A DNA stretch of 63,571 nucleotides, counting the filler, from Hausera hauseri (Eukaryota): NCBI GenBank assembly GCA_046269625.1. It is 9 parts of 9 records of this genome, joined end to end, with 100 filler letters (N's around TTAATTAATTAA, not from the genome) between each part and the next. Parts side by side here need not be neighbours in the genome. Positions count along the whole stretch, not along the records: positions 55,724 to 63,571 come from JBJURY010900980.1; 8 more parts are not named here. One strand, written 5' to 3'. Within the stretch, counting starts at the first letter, position 1. Each line of letters opens with the position of its first letter. Below, piece by piece: positions 63,254 through 63,571 of the stretch. The notes beneath the pieces are model-generated. The model ran no database searches, was not told the DNA's origin, and was given only the letters and a program-made list of their open reading frames with translations. Position numbers and translations under genes: made by a program.

Positions 63254-63571
63254 TGACACCAATGTAGAGTCCTGTGTATCATCGACATTAAGTAGAATAG
63301 TAAAATCCAAATGACAAGAATTAGCTCCAACATTTTATTCAAGATTCAAAAAATTCTATAATTAATCATTAAATCATTATCTATTTGCAAAATATACATG
63401 AGACTGTTGATCCTCTGTTAAATCATGAAAGTACACCAAATAAAAGAAAAAGTACACCAATAAAAGAAAAAACCGTCAATTTTCATACTTTCATTAGAAT
63501 TTACTGCATAAAAGAACCTTTCCGATATTTGCACTAAACGATTCTTGATAAAAAGTATCCATATGCCTGAC
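63252..63571 (-). mobile_element. Candidate 5' LTR end and primer-binding site (tRNA-Leu type)
   Basis: The minus strand reads AATAAA (about 63334-63339) ... CTCTACA T TGGTGTCAGA. CA is at 63264-63263 and the PBS at 63261-63252. Confidence 0.55.

Overview
This is animal (invertebrate-type) genomic DNA made of nine short contigs joined by artificial 100-bp spacers (N44-TTAATTAATTAA-N44), so adjacency across spacers is not established. Contig A (1-5093) has a Penelope-like GIY-YIG remnant, a complete but dead piggyBac with TTAA sites and TIRs, and the 3' exons of a G2E3/PHF7-like gene. Contig B has a TBP-like ORF, small unknown ORFs, and a Gypsy pol with an in-frame env-like extension. Contigs C and G are two paralogous Polinton/Maverick segments with a decayed protein-primed PolB. 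Contig D is mostly a 16.5-kb degenerate (TTCG)n satellite. Contig E has a DD34D mariner relic and an intact 365-aa HTH ORF. Contig F is a Polinton core: DEDD-like ORF, dUTPase, TBP-like gene, packaging ATPase, core-like protein, chromo-integrase and penton. Contigs H and I are two related Gypsy elements, each preceded by a same-strand chain of host gene fragments: beta-spectrin, SKI2, dynein heavy chain and NAA15 in H; clathrin heavy chain, USP9X and an FN3 piece in I. The two best leads are (1) serial capture of host gene fragments 5' of gag, starting right at an LTR-end/PBS signature in contig I, and (2) a Polinton that encodes its own TATA-binding-protein-like gene. All protein assignments are by manual motif recognition; no searches were run.
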